Assembly (NCBI GenBank): GCA_964016885.1
Contig: OZ024743.1
Span: forward strand, 50,902,001 to 50,966,000
Source of the DNA: Eledone cirrhosa
Lineage: Eukaryota
Length of the DNA: 64,000 nt
Reading direction: 5' to 3'
A program made the translations under genes and the position numbers. Positions 39,301-52,370 of this stretch are shown piece after piece. Position 1 is the stretch's first letter. Each line of letters opens with the position of its first letter. A model generated the notes under the pieces. The model saw only the letters and a list, made by a program, of their open reading frames with translations, had not been told where the DNA came from and did no database searches.

Positions 39301-40480
39301 GCTTGAAGCTCTCTGTTAGAAAATACCTGTTATTCTGTAGGTGTGGTGCTTGTTAGTGCTCTGTGCAATTTTGTCTTATAAAAGTTTAGTATTAATTTTT
39401 CAGTATCTGTCTCTCTTGATGAGGTTTACTAATCTGATGCTGGGAATTATTGAAATTTGTGGTCCTTATAAGTAAAGTATGGTTAATCAATGTTGTCACC
39501 TGTGTATAGGTAGGGGCGTCATTTGTTAGAGATGTATGTATGTGTATGTTGTATATATGTTCCTCAATATTTGTATGTCAATACATATATATGTGTATGT
39601 GTGTCTAAAATTATAACAGGTGTTAATATTAATTGACTAAATAAGTATAAAATAAAATATCTATTTCTAGCTTTAATTTCAAATAAAATTTATTCCTTTT
39701 GTAATTAGCTCTAATCCCCACATATATTTCACCTTTTAATTGAACATTGTTGTTGTTAAGGTCAAATGATTATAATATTCACCCAGTTGTCAGCATCATT
39801 ATGAAGACAATCCAGCTTTTGTGTTGGTGTTGTACACAATTTTTAATTAGATCTACATATGTTGCAAATTATTGTTATCAGGAACATTAAGTACACACCC
39901 ACCACCTACCTACTGTTCTATATTTCCCTTTATACATGTCTATGAAGGGATTTGTTAGGGTAGACCAGTTCTCACCTTAATTATTTGTACTTGACTCAAT
40001 GTTATAGTTGGGATCTTCTCCTGTATTATCTGGAGTGTGAAGCTACCAGTTACTGACTTATTCACAAGTGAAAGATTTTCTATGAAAACTTCTTAGCTAC
40101 AGGTAATTTGATCTTCATTTCTATCTAAAATATTCTTAATTTTTGTGAAGCTTACGTAAAATTATCCCATTTTTTTTTCATTGTTTAGTCCAAAGTGTTG
40201 TGCTCATGACATTTTTCAGGGCCTCCAAGATTGTTGAGTGGGAGGGAGGTATCCTGAGACCTGGTTTACATACTTGCAACAGAAAGGACTCTACTAAGGA
40301 TATCTAGGGGCCATGTGGTAATGACTAATTAAATCAACCATCTAAGTAGGCCACACCAGGATTTGAACTCAGAATGTAAAGAGCTAGAACAAACACCACA
40401 AGGCATCTAGTTTAATTCTCTAATCCACCACCCTGGACTGGTACTTTATTTTATTGATGCCAAATGGATAAAAGATAACA

Positions 40481-40638
40481 CTACACCTGATATTCCCCCT
40501 CCATACACACACATATCATGACTCATACACTGTTCACTTTCCTGACATTTGTACATTATTCTATGTACTATACATGCACCTTTGATGAGTTGTAGTGCAC
40601 CTGAGCACTGTACACAATAATTTCATTATTATTATTAT
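40481..40638 (+). mobile_element. CR1-like 3'UTR fragment
   Basis: Matches 44518-44682; ends (att)n. Confidence 0.7.
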
Positions 40639-41589
40639 AAAGCTGACTGTGACAACATTTAAAAGCCATCAACTTGTCTGCTGCTCTATCAATTCAATGC
40701 ATCTTTTATGATTCTTTGCTACAGAATTTTTCCATTTTCCAACATTCTGGGAGTTGTTTTAGAATTTCTTCAGTTTGTACAACAGAGCTTTTTTTTCATA
40801 TATACTATACTGTAAGAGAAAAGTACCAGTTAAATACTGGGGTAATTGTAATTGACTTTCCCCTCTCCCTAATTGCTGGTCATGTACTAATTAGAAACCA
40901 TTATTTTATTGTTGTTTTTGTTTTTATTATTAGAGTAGTGGATTGGCAGTATCGATAGTGTCAGACACCATGGTCATAGAGTTATGGCCCTTTACGTTCT
41001 GAGTTCAAATCCCGCCATGGTTAATTTTGCCTTTCGTCCTTTCGAGATTGATAAAATATAAAGCACCAGTAATGTACTGGGGTAATTGCTGGCCTTGTAC
41101 CAAAAGTAAAAACAATTATTAGGGTGGTGAGTTCAAATCTCAGGTCAACTTTGACTTTCATTATTCTGGGATGTTGATAAATAAAAGGACTAGTGAATTA
41201 CTGAGAATCAATTTGACTTCCCCTCAATCGGTGATTTGTGCCTAAATTAGAAACCAGTATATTAAGGTACTGGAGATATTTCATGTAAAATGTCATCTAT
41301 ACTGGAAAGATGATAAAAGTGTTGGTGAGAGAGAGAGATGGGGGGGGGGGGGGGGCAGAGAGGTGATGGTGGTAATACCAATTTTTTTTTTCTTTTAAAT
41401 CCTGTGTAGAAATAGAAATGATTATATGTACATAAATAGGTGGATAGAATTATATATATATATATAGAGAGAGAGAGAGAACATGTTCAACTGAAAACCA
41501 TTGACAATTGTGTGTATATATAATTTAAAAAATGATACACAGAGATACAAAAACAATTATATATATACATGATATTTTTTTTAAAAACC

Positions 41590-41962
41590 TTCGGTCACAA
41601 ATGACCGTGGGATTTGCACCTAGAATGTTTCCCTCCAAGGCACAACTCTGGACAAGGTTGTTTTGTGAAATACCAGTAGTTGCCCATGCATACCAGTCTC
41701 CCCTCTCCACAAGGTTGTTTTGTGAAATACCAGTAGTTGCCCATGCATACCAGTCTCCCCTCTCCACACCATCGATGTTGTCCAAGGGAAAGGCAATGGT
41801 CAATACAGCTTGGCATCAGTAACATCACAACTCTGCAACTGAGTAAATTGGAGCAAAGTTAAATAAAGTGTCTTGTTCAAGGACACAACACATTACCCAG
41901 TCCAGGAATTGAACTCACAACCTCATAATTGCAAACCCAATGCTCTAACCTCTAAGCCTTCA
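41590..41962 (-). mobile_element. CORE-like SINE with a different tail and a 57-bp internal duplication (41652-41768)
   Basis: tRNA head and core, then gccaagctgtattgaccattgcctttcccttggac. Confidence 0.75.
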
Positions 41963-41987
41963 CAAATTTTATATATATTATATATAT

Positions 41988-42373
41988 ATCATCATCATCA
42001 TCACCATCATTTTACGTCCGCACTTCCCTGTTTGCAAGGGTGGGACGGGAACTGATTCTGGCTTGATTTCTACAGCTGGATGCCCTTCCTAACACCAACC
42101 TCATTTACAGTGAGTGCTGGGTGCTTTTTTTCCGTGACACCTACACGTCCACTTTACAGTGTGGGCTGGGTGCTTTTTTGCCATGGCACCTCCACGACCA
42201 CTTTGCAGTGGAATGATAGGAACCCCAGTCCTATCATCTTATTTCTACAGCTGAGTAAACTGGAGCAATGTGAAATAAAGTGTCTTGCTCAAGGAAACAA
42301 CACATCACCCAGTCCGAGTATTGAACTCACAACCTTTCGATTGCAAGCCCAATGCTCTAACCACTAAGCCATG
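41988..42373 (-). mobile_element. tRNA-CORE-RTE SINE (short tail A)
   Basis: cagttcccgtcccacccttgcaaacagggaag..ggacgtaaaatgatg. Confidence 0.85.
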
Positions 42374-42454
42374 TATATATATAAAACGAAGGAGGTGTGG
42401 TAAGGAACAAGATGGACCATAACGCACCAGAGGACTCAATACTTAGGGTAGTAG

Positions 42455-42568
42455 GAAAATGTTTGACCCCGACGGCAGAGCTCAAACCGTTTCGACGGCT
42501 ATTTCTGGACGAGTCCAGAAATAGCCATCGAAACTGCTTGAGCTCTGCCGTTGGGGTCAAACATTTTC
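42455..42568. repeat. Near-perfect palindrome, 56-bp arms
   Basis: 42455-42510 versus the reverse complement of 42513-42568: 52/56 identical. Confidence 0.95.
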
Positions 42569-42910
42569 ATATATATATATATTTAATACATTAACAGAGA
42601 AAGCTTTTAGCGATACTCTGACCAACTCCATCTCACTCAACAAACATTAGGATATTACCTGAGTATAATCACAATTATGTGTTTGGGGTGCTAACTATAT
42701 AGTATTCCGTGGATAGTTGGTTGTATTATTTTATATGAGACATAATTAAATAAATCTCTCTTTCTTTCCATACGATCGTTTCGTTATAAGATTTCTACAA
42801 GGTGGGAAAAATAATGTCCAAGTTATGTAGAAGCTTGTAATTAATCCATAGTCTTATACATAAGTGGGCCCTTATAACTCCTCAGTGGATGCCATATATA
42901 TATATATATA

Positions 42911-43728
42911 AAATGAAAGGCAGATTGTATGATGCTTGTATACGAACAGCAATCTTAGATGGCAGTATTGTGTGCGGAGGACCTGCACAGATTAGAAAGG
43001 AACGAAGCATGCATCCTCCGTAGGATGTGTAATAGTAATATATACGGACGGCAAAACATAAATGAACTGAGAAATTAGGAATAAGAGGGATCAGATGCTG
43101 TTTACTTGAGAGATTACGTTGGTATGGTCACGTGATGCACATGAAAGATGACAGCTGTATAAAGGAGTGTAGGGTGATCAACATTGATGGAAGTTACGGA
43201 GTAGTTAGACCCAGAAAAACCTGTGACGACATGATAAAATCCGACCTTGCACACTTACACCTCTCTAGGACAATGTCACTGGATCGAGATCTTTGGCGCC
43301 ACATAGTAATACAGAAGACCCGCCTTCCCTACGTGCAAAGTTAACCTACAGTCAGTAGGCCCCTCCTGACCAAATAGACCCCCCAAACCCACTACTCTAC
43401 TCCATCCTCCCATTCCCACCAACACGACCCTTTTCTCTGTAAAGTTATGTTGGTACCACAACATCCAAACTAATGAGGTTGTGTAGGTGTCACGACAAAA
43501 AAACACAGTCCACGCTGTAATGTGACCGTGTAGGTAACACGGTAAAAAGGCTCCCAGTCCACACTGTAAATGTGGTTGGTGTTAGGAAGGGCATCCAGCC
43601 ATAGAAAACCTGCCAGATACAGTTCTACATGAGCAAGACACGGTCACTCGATCAATCTTGCCTCAAGTGGGACTATTCCCATCTAACCCATGCTAGCGTG
43701 GAAGATAGACGTTAAATGATGATGATGA
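42911..43728 (+). mobile_element. RTE 3' fragment flanked by (TA)n
   Basis: MKGRLYDACIRT..RPRKT ORF end plus 3'UTR. Confidence 0.88.
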
Positions 43729-44217
43729 TATATATATATATATATATATTGTTATACTTTGGGAGGGTTATGCTGCCAATAAAAACACACACACACATGT
43801 TGGATTTCGCTTCAATTTATTATAAATTTCCAGTTGGTTAGTTTAATAACCAGATGGTTGTTTATTTATTGTCAAAGCTCCTTTGTCACACATTTGGTGA
43901 CCTCCTCAGTGACTAATTTGTTATTTTGTGTCTCTCCTTTGTTCTGGCCTACACCATTTTGTTTTTGTGAGCTCACAAATTATTTAAAGAGTAATATAGA
44001 CCACTTGTACTACAAGTTAGCTGTGGTTGGGTGAGTATGAAAGTAAAGTGTGTGCATCATAATATATATATAATCATCATCACTGTTTAATGTCCATTTT
44101 CCATGCAAGCATGGGTTAGACGAGTTGTCCCATTTAAGACAAGTCAGGTCAGGTGACCGTGACTTGCTCATACAGAACTGTTTCTGGCTTGGTTTCTACG
44201 ACTGGATGACCTTCCAT

Positions 44218-44682
44218 GTGTCTAACACACGTGGACATGCCCACAATGTCAAAAAACAACACAGCTCCCATGACTTTCGGAAACATTTTTTCACGCTCAG
44301 AGTTGCTGAAGCATGGAACAAACTACCTACATCAGTTGTTAGCTGTCGAGACACTGCATCCTTTAAAACCTCCATGGAACAAACTACCTGCATCAGTTGT
44401 TAGCTGTCGAAACACTACATCCTTTAAAACCTCCATGGAACAAACTACCTGCATCAGTTGTTAGCTGTCGAGACACTACATCGTTTAAAACCTCCATGCT
44501 TCCTGATATTCGCCAAACTACACCTAATGTTCCCCCTCCGTACACATACACACATGTATATCATGACTCATACACTATTCACTTCCCTGACATTTGTATA
44601 TTATTCTATGTACCATCCATGCACCTTTGATGAGTTGTAGTGCACCTGAGCACTTTACACAATAATTTCATTATTATTATTA
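44218..44682 (+). mobile_element. CR1-like LINE 3' end with a 61-bp triplication (44312-44494), nested in an RTE 3' piece
   Basis: NTRGH..FRKHFFTLRVAEAWNKLP..VV..SFK motif; RTE sequence on both sides (44075-44217 and 44685-45100). Confidence 0.8.
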
Positions 44683-45859
44683 CCATCCACATATACTGTA
44701 TGGACTGGATGCTTTATATCATGGCACCGAAATGACCACTTAACAGTGTGGGCTTGGGCGAAGGGAAGTGTTATGGCGTGGGGATATGTGAAAGGGGGAG
44801 GATAGGGGAAAGTGGTGCATACTAAATGTATGCTTCCACCTGTGCACATGGGAAGGGAACTCTTCTGTATTACTGCATAATGCCAAAGATCTCAATCCTG
44901 AGTGTAAGGTCAGCCTTTATCATCTCATCCCAAGTCTTCCTAGGTCTTCCTACTCCATAGCTTCCATCAACTTTGAACACCCTAGACTTTTTTCCACATA
45001 AGCATCACATGACCATATCAACGCAATCTCCTCTCCTGCACACTGCATCTGATCCCTCTTATGCCCAGTTTCTCTCTCAGTTCATTTATGCTTTGCACAC
45101 TACAATATTATATATATATAATTGTTTCTACTTTTGGCACAAGGCCAGCAATTACCCAGTGCATTACTGGTACTTTATTTTATCGACCCTGTAAGGATGA
45201 AAGGCAAAGTAAACCTCGGCCTGATATATATATATAATTGTTTCTACTTTAGGCATTACTGGTACTTTATTTTATCGACCCCGTAAGGATGAAAAGCAAA
45301 GTCAACCACGGCGGGATTTGAACTCAGATTGTAAAGGGACGTAACTATGCTGGAAAGCATGGCGTCCGACCCTCTACCGATACTGCCAATCCACCGCCCT
45401 TGATATATATATATAATGAGATGTAGTAATGCTATGTGAGGGCATTACTACCTCTCATTCCGTCGAGGTTAACTTTGCCTTTCGCCCTTACAGGGTCGAT
45501 AAAATAAAGTACCAGTAATACACTGGGGTAATTGCTGGCCTTGTGCCAAAAGTAGAAACAATTATTTAGAGCCCTCCAGCTTTTGCTCTGTATGCAAATG
45601 AGCTTCATCAGTCAATGTTTATAAGCATAACTACTATAAGCTTTTAGCTTATTTTCATCTTAGCATTCAAGCAGAGTTCGCCTCTTTGAAGATGATTAAC
45701 AAACCAGAAACAGACATTAGAGTGCTCTTCCTTGGCTGCTAAAGGCCATTTATGAAATTCACCACTTCTAAAGTTCATAACAAAGCTGTAAAAGTGTTTA
45801 TTTACATGAACATTTCATGTATTATTCAGTATACAACCCAAATCTCATATATAATATAT

Positions 45860-46183
45860 ACTAGCAGAATGGCTCTAGGGTTCTTATATATTTGATATAT
45901 ATTTATCCTTCTCGAGCCTCGTGAAGTAAATACGTTTGTTTATATTTTGTTATTGTGTATGCAAAAATATCTGTATACAAATATATAATTATATATATAT
46001 ATATATAACAGTACAGAGAAGTACGGAATACCTCGGCCTCGGGTTGGTGTCTACATTTTGTGCTTATAAAAAAATTTGTCGTACATTACCAGGGTTTTTT
46101 TCCGTGCGAAGAAAATCAATACTTTATCGCAAAATAAATACTTTTGTTTATATGTGTATGCAAAAATATCTGTACACAAATAT

Positions 46184-46223
<40 letters not shown>

Positions 46224-46338
46224 TAACAGATTAAAGTTTAAGCAAAGAATCGCTGCTTTCACCCTTAACGGGATCTTCTGAAACTAAAATAATAAATCTG
46301 TGAACGCAGAAGTAAATATTTCGAAAAATGTTTCACAC

Positions 46339-46371
<33 letters not shown>

Positions 46372-46670
46372 CGCGTCATAATGACGTAATGCAGACAGCT
46401 AGGCATACAGACAGATATTATAAGGGAGCGACGTTATATCTATGTATCTATCTAAAAAGAGAAAGACTAAGAATTATAGAGAGAGATCGCTAAATCGCCT
46501 AATGCGGTGCCTAGGGCATTGAAAATTTGAAATTTATTTTGCTCAAAACACTCACAGGACCATAAGTATTACATGTGTAAAGTTTGAAAAAACTCGGTTA
46601 GGTGGTTCTCGAGTTTTAGTGATTGGACAGACAAAAAGACAGACAGACATTCTCTGTTTTAGTAATATAG
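45860..46670 (+). mobile_element. Possible non-autonomous Helitron/Helentron-like element
   Basis: Starts actagcag; ends aaagtttgaaaaaactcggttaggtggttctcgagttttagtga..(gaca)n..ttttagtaatatag, resembling HINE/DINE-type ends. Confidence 0.45.
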
Positions 46671-46672
46671 TT

Positions 46673-46705
<33 letters not shown>

Positions 46706-46784
46706 CACGCATATATATACACACACACACACACACATACACACACACACACACATATATACACACACACATATATATACACAC

Positions 46785-46829
<45 letters not shown>

Positions 46830-46959
46830 CACACACACATATATATATATATATACACACACACATATATATATACACACACACATGTATATATATAAGC
46901 AATCTTCCTGGTTTTATAAATATAGTTTCCATTTAATATCATTGTATATATATATATAT

Positions 46960-47218
46960 AAGCTGAAGCATATAGACAATATGCCCCCACACCCTCCCAC
47001 TGTAAAAGTGGACGTGTAGGCGCCACGGAAAAAAGCACCCAGCACTCACTGTAAATGAGGTTGGTGTTAGGAAGGGCATCCAGCTGTAGAAATCAAGCCA
47101 GAATCAGTTCCCGTATGACCAAGACAAGGTCAGCCGACCGGACACTGCCCGCAACAGGACAACCCGTCTTACCCATGCTAGCATGGAAGAACGGACGTAA
47201 AACGGTAGTGATGATGAT
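46960..47218 (+). mobile_element. RTE 3'UTR fragment
   Basis: Same 3' end as 32483-32800. Confidence 0.8.
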
Positions 47219-47256
47219 ATATATATATATATATATACACACATATGTATATATAT

Positions 47257-48877
47257 ATCACCATCATCACCGTTTTACGTTCGTTCTTCCACGCTAGCAT
47301 GGGTTAGACGGGTTGTCCTGTTGTGAGCAGTGTCCAGTCGGCTGACCTTGTCCTGCTCATACAGGAACTGATTCTGGCTTGATTTCTACATTGGATGCCC
47401 TTCCCAACACGAACCTCATTTACAGTGAGTGCTGGGTGCTTTTTTGCCGCGGCACCACTTTGCAGTGGGTGGGGGCCATATTATCTATATGCTTCAGCTT
47501 GTTCCCGTGGGAGGTTGGGTCTTCTGTATACTGCGTGACGCCAGAGGTCACGGTCGTGTGTCATTGCCCTTGAGAGGTGCAATTGGGTAAGGTCGGCTTT
47601 TATCACTTCATTCCAGGTCTTCTTGGGTCTCCCCACTCCGCAGCTTCCATCGACTTCTAGTGCTCTGCACCTTTTTATGCAGCTGTCATCCTTCATACGC
47701 ATCACATGTCCATACCAACATAACCTCCTCTCCTGCACACAGCATTTGATTCCTTTTATGCTCAGTCTCTCTCTCAATTCGTTTATACTTTGCCGTTCGC
47801 GTATATTACTATTACACATCCATCGGAGCATGCAAGCTTCGTTTCTTTCTAATCTGCGCAAGTCTTCTCTAGACATCTCTCAGGTTTCACTTCCATGTAG
47901 TATTGCTGTTCGTATACACGCATCATATAGTCTGCCTTTCATTTTGAGGGAAAAGCCTTTTGCAGCTAGCAGTGGCAGTAGCTCCCTGAACTTCTTCCAT
48001 CCCGTTCTTACCCTAGTTATTGTACTTTCCGAACACCCACCTCTGCTGCTAATTCGGTCACCTAGGTAGCAAAAGCTGTCTACTGTTTCTACAGAGGCCT
48101 GCCAGAGATTGGTGGTGCTTGTTTCCTGTTGTCGTTTGCTACATATGAAGCCTACATTCTTAGCTAAAGTTCCTGAGATCCCACTACATCTCTTGTGTAC
48201 CCATTGTTTGCATTTGGGGCAGAGGATGGAATTCCTACCTACACCTTTCCTACATACTGAGCAAGGCCATTTCCCTGGGGGGATCTGGGTTCTGTTTTCT
48301 TGTCTACTTACAAGAACCTTAGTCTTTGTCAGGTTGACTTTGAGACCCTTTCTTTCTAGTTCCTGCTTCCAAGTTTGGAATTTCTTCTCTAGTTTCACCA
48401 TGGATTCAGCTATAAGTGCGAGATCATCCACATACAGGAGTTCCCATGGGCATCCGGTCTCAAACTCCTCCGTTATTGCCTGCAAAACTATAATGAACAG
48501 GAGCGGGCTAAGAACAGAGCCCTGGTGGACACCAACCTGTATGCTAAATTCCTTGCTATAGTCATTGCTAACTCTAACTTTGCTGACTGCTCTTCTATAC
48601 ATGGCTTGCACTGCTTTCACAAGCCATTCATCTACTCCTAATTTTCTAAGAGCCCACCAGATTATAGCATGGGGGGACTCTGTCGAAGGCTTTTTCCAGA
48701 TCGATGAATGCCAGGTAGAGCGGCTTACTTTTAGCTAGGTACTTTTCCTGTAACTGCCTCACAAGGAAGAGGGCATCAGTGGTGCCTTTTCCTGGTACAA
48801 GCCCAAATTGCATCTCATCTAGTTTCACTCAGTCCCTAATCAACTGTGCTATAACTCTTTCCGTTACTTTCATGACC
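47257..48877 (-). mobile_element. RTE LINE (RT, PHD finger, 3' end), decayed
   Basis: GVHQGSVLSPLLF, LYVDD, CSVC..CPKC..HKRC, VDSFCYLG, RPKKTW. Confidence 0.93.
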
Positions 48878-49223
48878 TTTCATATATATATATATATATA
48901 TAGTTGAAAGGCAGGGTAAAATTCCATACAAATCAAAGGTTGTAGTTAAATAGTGAAAGTAAAAAAGCACAAAAAGTATATTTAAAGAATCTGACAGAAT
49001 GAATAATTTTATAATTGTTACATTAAATATAACCAGTTTAGATTGGTATATTAATCTTATGAAATATTAAGTGTTTTCATATACTCTGTTTGCAGTTGAA
49101 ACATGAATTTTCGATCAAAATTTCATCTTATATATATGTTCTTTATGAAGGTGGGGTGGTGCTGGTGGAAGTGGGGTTTAACAGGTTAGGATTCAATTGA
49201 TTCACTAGAATATTCTCGGTTAA

Positions 49224-49434
49224 CCCTTTCGCATTTACATTATTTTATATATACTATTGGATTTTCATGGTAAAGGCTTTACTTTATGTAATTATCTCAC
49301 ATAATATCGAATTTATGAGATTTTGATATCTTTTATTTTGAGAACAATACCTTAAAGTTGGTATGAGGGGCAAGTTATGGCCAATTTGAACCGAAAAAGG
49401 TGAGAGAATTCTGGCCGGTTTAAATGCTAAAGGG
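49224..49434 (+). mobile_element. piggyBac-type MITE
   Basis: TTAA|ccctttcgcattta..taaatgctaaaggg|TTAA. Confidence 0.9.
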
Positions 49435-49543
49435 TTAAAGTAAAAAATACTTTTACTATTGATAATAATGGTCCAGATGGCATTTTTGATGTGTTTTCTT
49501 TTTGTGGGTGTGGTGGTATTTAGATGGGGTTCAGTTATATTAA

Positions 49544-49751
49544 CCCTTTAACATTTAAACCAGCCATATCCAGCCAGAATTATCTCACCTCTTTCTGTTC
49601 AAACCGGCTGTAACTGGCCACTCATACTGATGTTAAAGTATTGTTCTCAAAATAAATAACATTGAAATCTCATAGATTCGATATTATGTGAGATAAAGCC
49701 TTTACCGCGAAAATACAATAGTAAATATAGAGTAATGTAAATGCTAAAGGG
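49544..49751 (-). mobile_element. piggyBac-type MITE, inverted relative to its neighbour
   Basis: TTAA|ccctttaacattta..taaatgctaaaggg|TTAA. Confidence 0.9.
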
Positions 49752-49847
49752 TTAAAAGGCCAGTGTTTTGGGGGATTGTGAAAGTAGCTGAATAAAAATA
49801 AGAGTGGATATAGAATTTTTTTTTTGTGTTGTGGTGTGTGTGTTGTG

Positions 49848-49898
<51 letters not shown>

Positions 49899-50149
49899 AA
49901 TAGATGAAGATTATTTTTAGGGTTTGCAGATAAAAATATAAATACAAATATGTTGAAAGGGATCCTTGTGAGTGGTGGTGCAGAGGCTGGGTTTCTGAAG
50001 GATTTGTAGAAGAAAAGAAAAGGAAGGAAAAAGGTTTTTAGTAGAGGTTTCCTTGGAGTTCTGAATTTTCCTTTTATCTTGTGGTGTGTGTGTGTGGTTG
50101 CCAGTGTTTGTATAGAGGTGTTTCTAAATAGCCCTGTCTAGAAATCACT

Positions 50150-51400
50150 ATTTATTGACAAATGAGCGACAATTAACATATTTAATTGTCGTTTGTATCT
50201 TTTAATGAATTGTTTTTGTTTTATTTATTCTCTGTTGAGTGAAATAGTCTAAGCATATGTAGTTGGGTAAGTCTAATCCTGCATATGTTGCGATGTGACT
50301 GCTTAAAGGGATTTGTCTCATGCTTTCATCGTAGATTTGTTAATGGTGTATGGTCATTCTTTGGGTAATGAAATTCCCCATCTGTCTTTTGTAATTTTGT
50401 AAATATCCACAGCATGTAATCACATAGATTAGGTTTTACAAGTTGGAGGTGAAATTTTCTATTACTCTGAAGGTTTGTCCATCCTTAACCCTTTAGCATT
50501 TACATTACTCTATATTTACTATTGTATTTTCATGGTAAAATCTTTACCTCACATAATTATCTCACATAATATTGAATCTATGAGATTTTGATATTATTTA
50601 TTTTGAGAACAATACCTTAACATCAGTATGAGTGGTCAGTTACAGCTGGTTTGGACAGAAAGAGGTGAGAGAATTCTGGCCGGATATAGCTGGTTTAAAT
50701 GCTAAAGGGTTAAATCTGAATTCTGGTTCTTCGATTAGGTATAAGCAGCTACCACAATTTGTTCTTCTGCATTTTCTAACAGTGGGGTTGGAGATTTGTG
50801 GGTTTTTACCCCAGTAAGGATATGTTTTAGTGTTTGGGGCTGTCTTTTACTCTTGATGATTTTGGGTGTTTCTAGAATTTTTTTTTTTTTTTTTTATCTT
50901 TATATAAAGTAGGAAAGTTTTTGCGGAGGTAGTCAAGCATTTTGATATTTTGGGGATTGAAGGTTGATACATATGGTAAAACATTTACCCTGGTTTTGTA
51001 TTTGGTTGCCCTTAGCTCTTGCATATCTATGTGTTAAGCCCTTTCTATTCTGTTGGTGATTTTGCCCGGCGGGAATGCTCTTCTGGTGAATATATTTTTA
51101 ATTTCATCCAGTCTTTGCTCATGATTGATCGGGTCCGATGCTATTGTCTGTTTCTATTCTTCCATATGTTTTTGAAATTATATCTAAAAAGGCTAGTTCC
51201 TTGGTATTAAACTCCATTGTGAATTGGATGTTGCTGTTAAGATTATTAATCATATTTTTAAATTCTGTGAGCGTATCAAGATTTTCCTGCCATAAGATAA
51301 AGCAATTATCCAGGTACCTTTTCCAATCGTTCTTTTAGTTGTATGCAAAATGTGTCTCTTAAACATAGTAGAGATTGGCTGTAAATCTTTTTTTTAAATT
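50150..51400 (-). mobile_element. Decayed Penelope-like element (RT C-terminus and GIY-YIG) interrupted by a MITE
   Basis: Minus strand NLIYVITCCGYLQNY..RMTIHH (GIY-YIG-like) and LPYVSTFNP. Confidence 0.65.
50489..50709 (+). mobile_element. piggyBac-type MITE
   Basis: Perfect 14-bp TIR ccctttagcattta with TTAA on both sides. Confidence 0.92.
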
Positions 51401-52052
51401 ACAACCAATTATTAACTCTGGAAAATAGAAAGACATAACAGTAACATGTGAAGACGAACTCTTGAAATGCACTGAAATGTATGCAAGAAGAATAAGATAT
51501 CAAATTATGTCATTAAGTGAAGCGGAAAGGACAAATTCATGCTTTTTAAGAAATCAGAAGACTAATTTTCTTTTTAGTATAGTGAAATATTTTCCAGCTA
51601 CCATTTATGTAAAATGATATTAATAGAAGTAATATGATTAGACATAAAAATACTGAATAATAGTAAAAACACTGACAACAGTAATAATTGTTTCTACTTT
51701 TGGCACAAGACCAGCAATTACCCCAGTGCATTACTGGTACTTTATTTTATCGACCCTGTAAGGCAAAGCTAACCTTAGCTAACTCAGAACGTAAAGGGCC
51801 ATAACTCTGTGCTGCAAAGCATGGTGTCTGACACTCTACCAATACTGCCAATCCACTGCCCTGACAACAATGATAATAATAACAAATAACAACAATAATA
51901 ATGGTAATGGTAATAATAATAATAATAGGCTAATAAGTAAGGTAAATATTTTTTGGAATAAGGACTACAGGTGGATTAATCATTATCATACATAAGTATG
52001 CACACACAGGTGTGGATGTTTGCATTAGCAAAAATATAAAGTATGAAAAATA

Positions 52053-52142
<90 letters not shown>

Positions 52143-52320
52143 TATAGTTTCGTTGACAAATATATCAATGTGCCCAGATATATCAATGTGCCCAGACACG
52201 CAGATATATTGCCCTTGATATAACAGTGTGGTTTTAGCTCAATGTAGGATAACTGGTATACTACAGAGCCGTTATAGGTTTAGGAATAACCAAAGAATGC
52301 TTAGAAATACATTGTTTTAT

Positions 52321-52370
52321 TAGCTAACAGTGTTTCATCCGTACCCTAAGGCAGGAATCATCAGAGCCTA
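52321..52370 (-). ncRNA. Hammerhead-like motif in a Penelope-type terminal repeat
   Basis: ggct-CTGATGA-ttcctgccttagggtacggat-GAAAC-act-GTT-agct; stem II tcc/gga plus tgcc/ggta. Confidence 0.4.
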
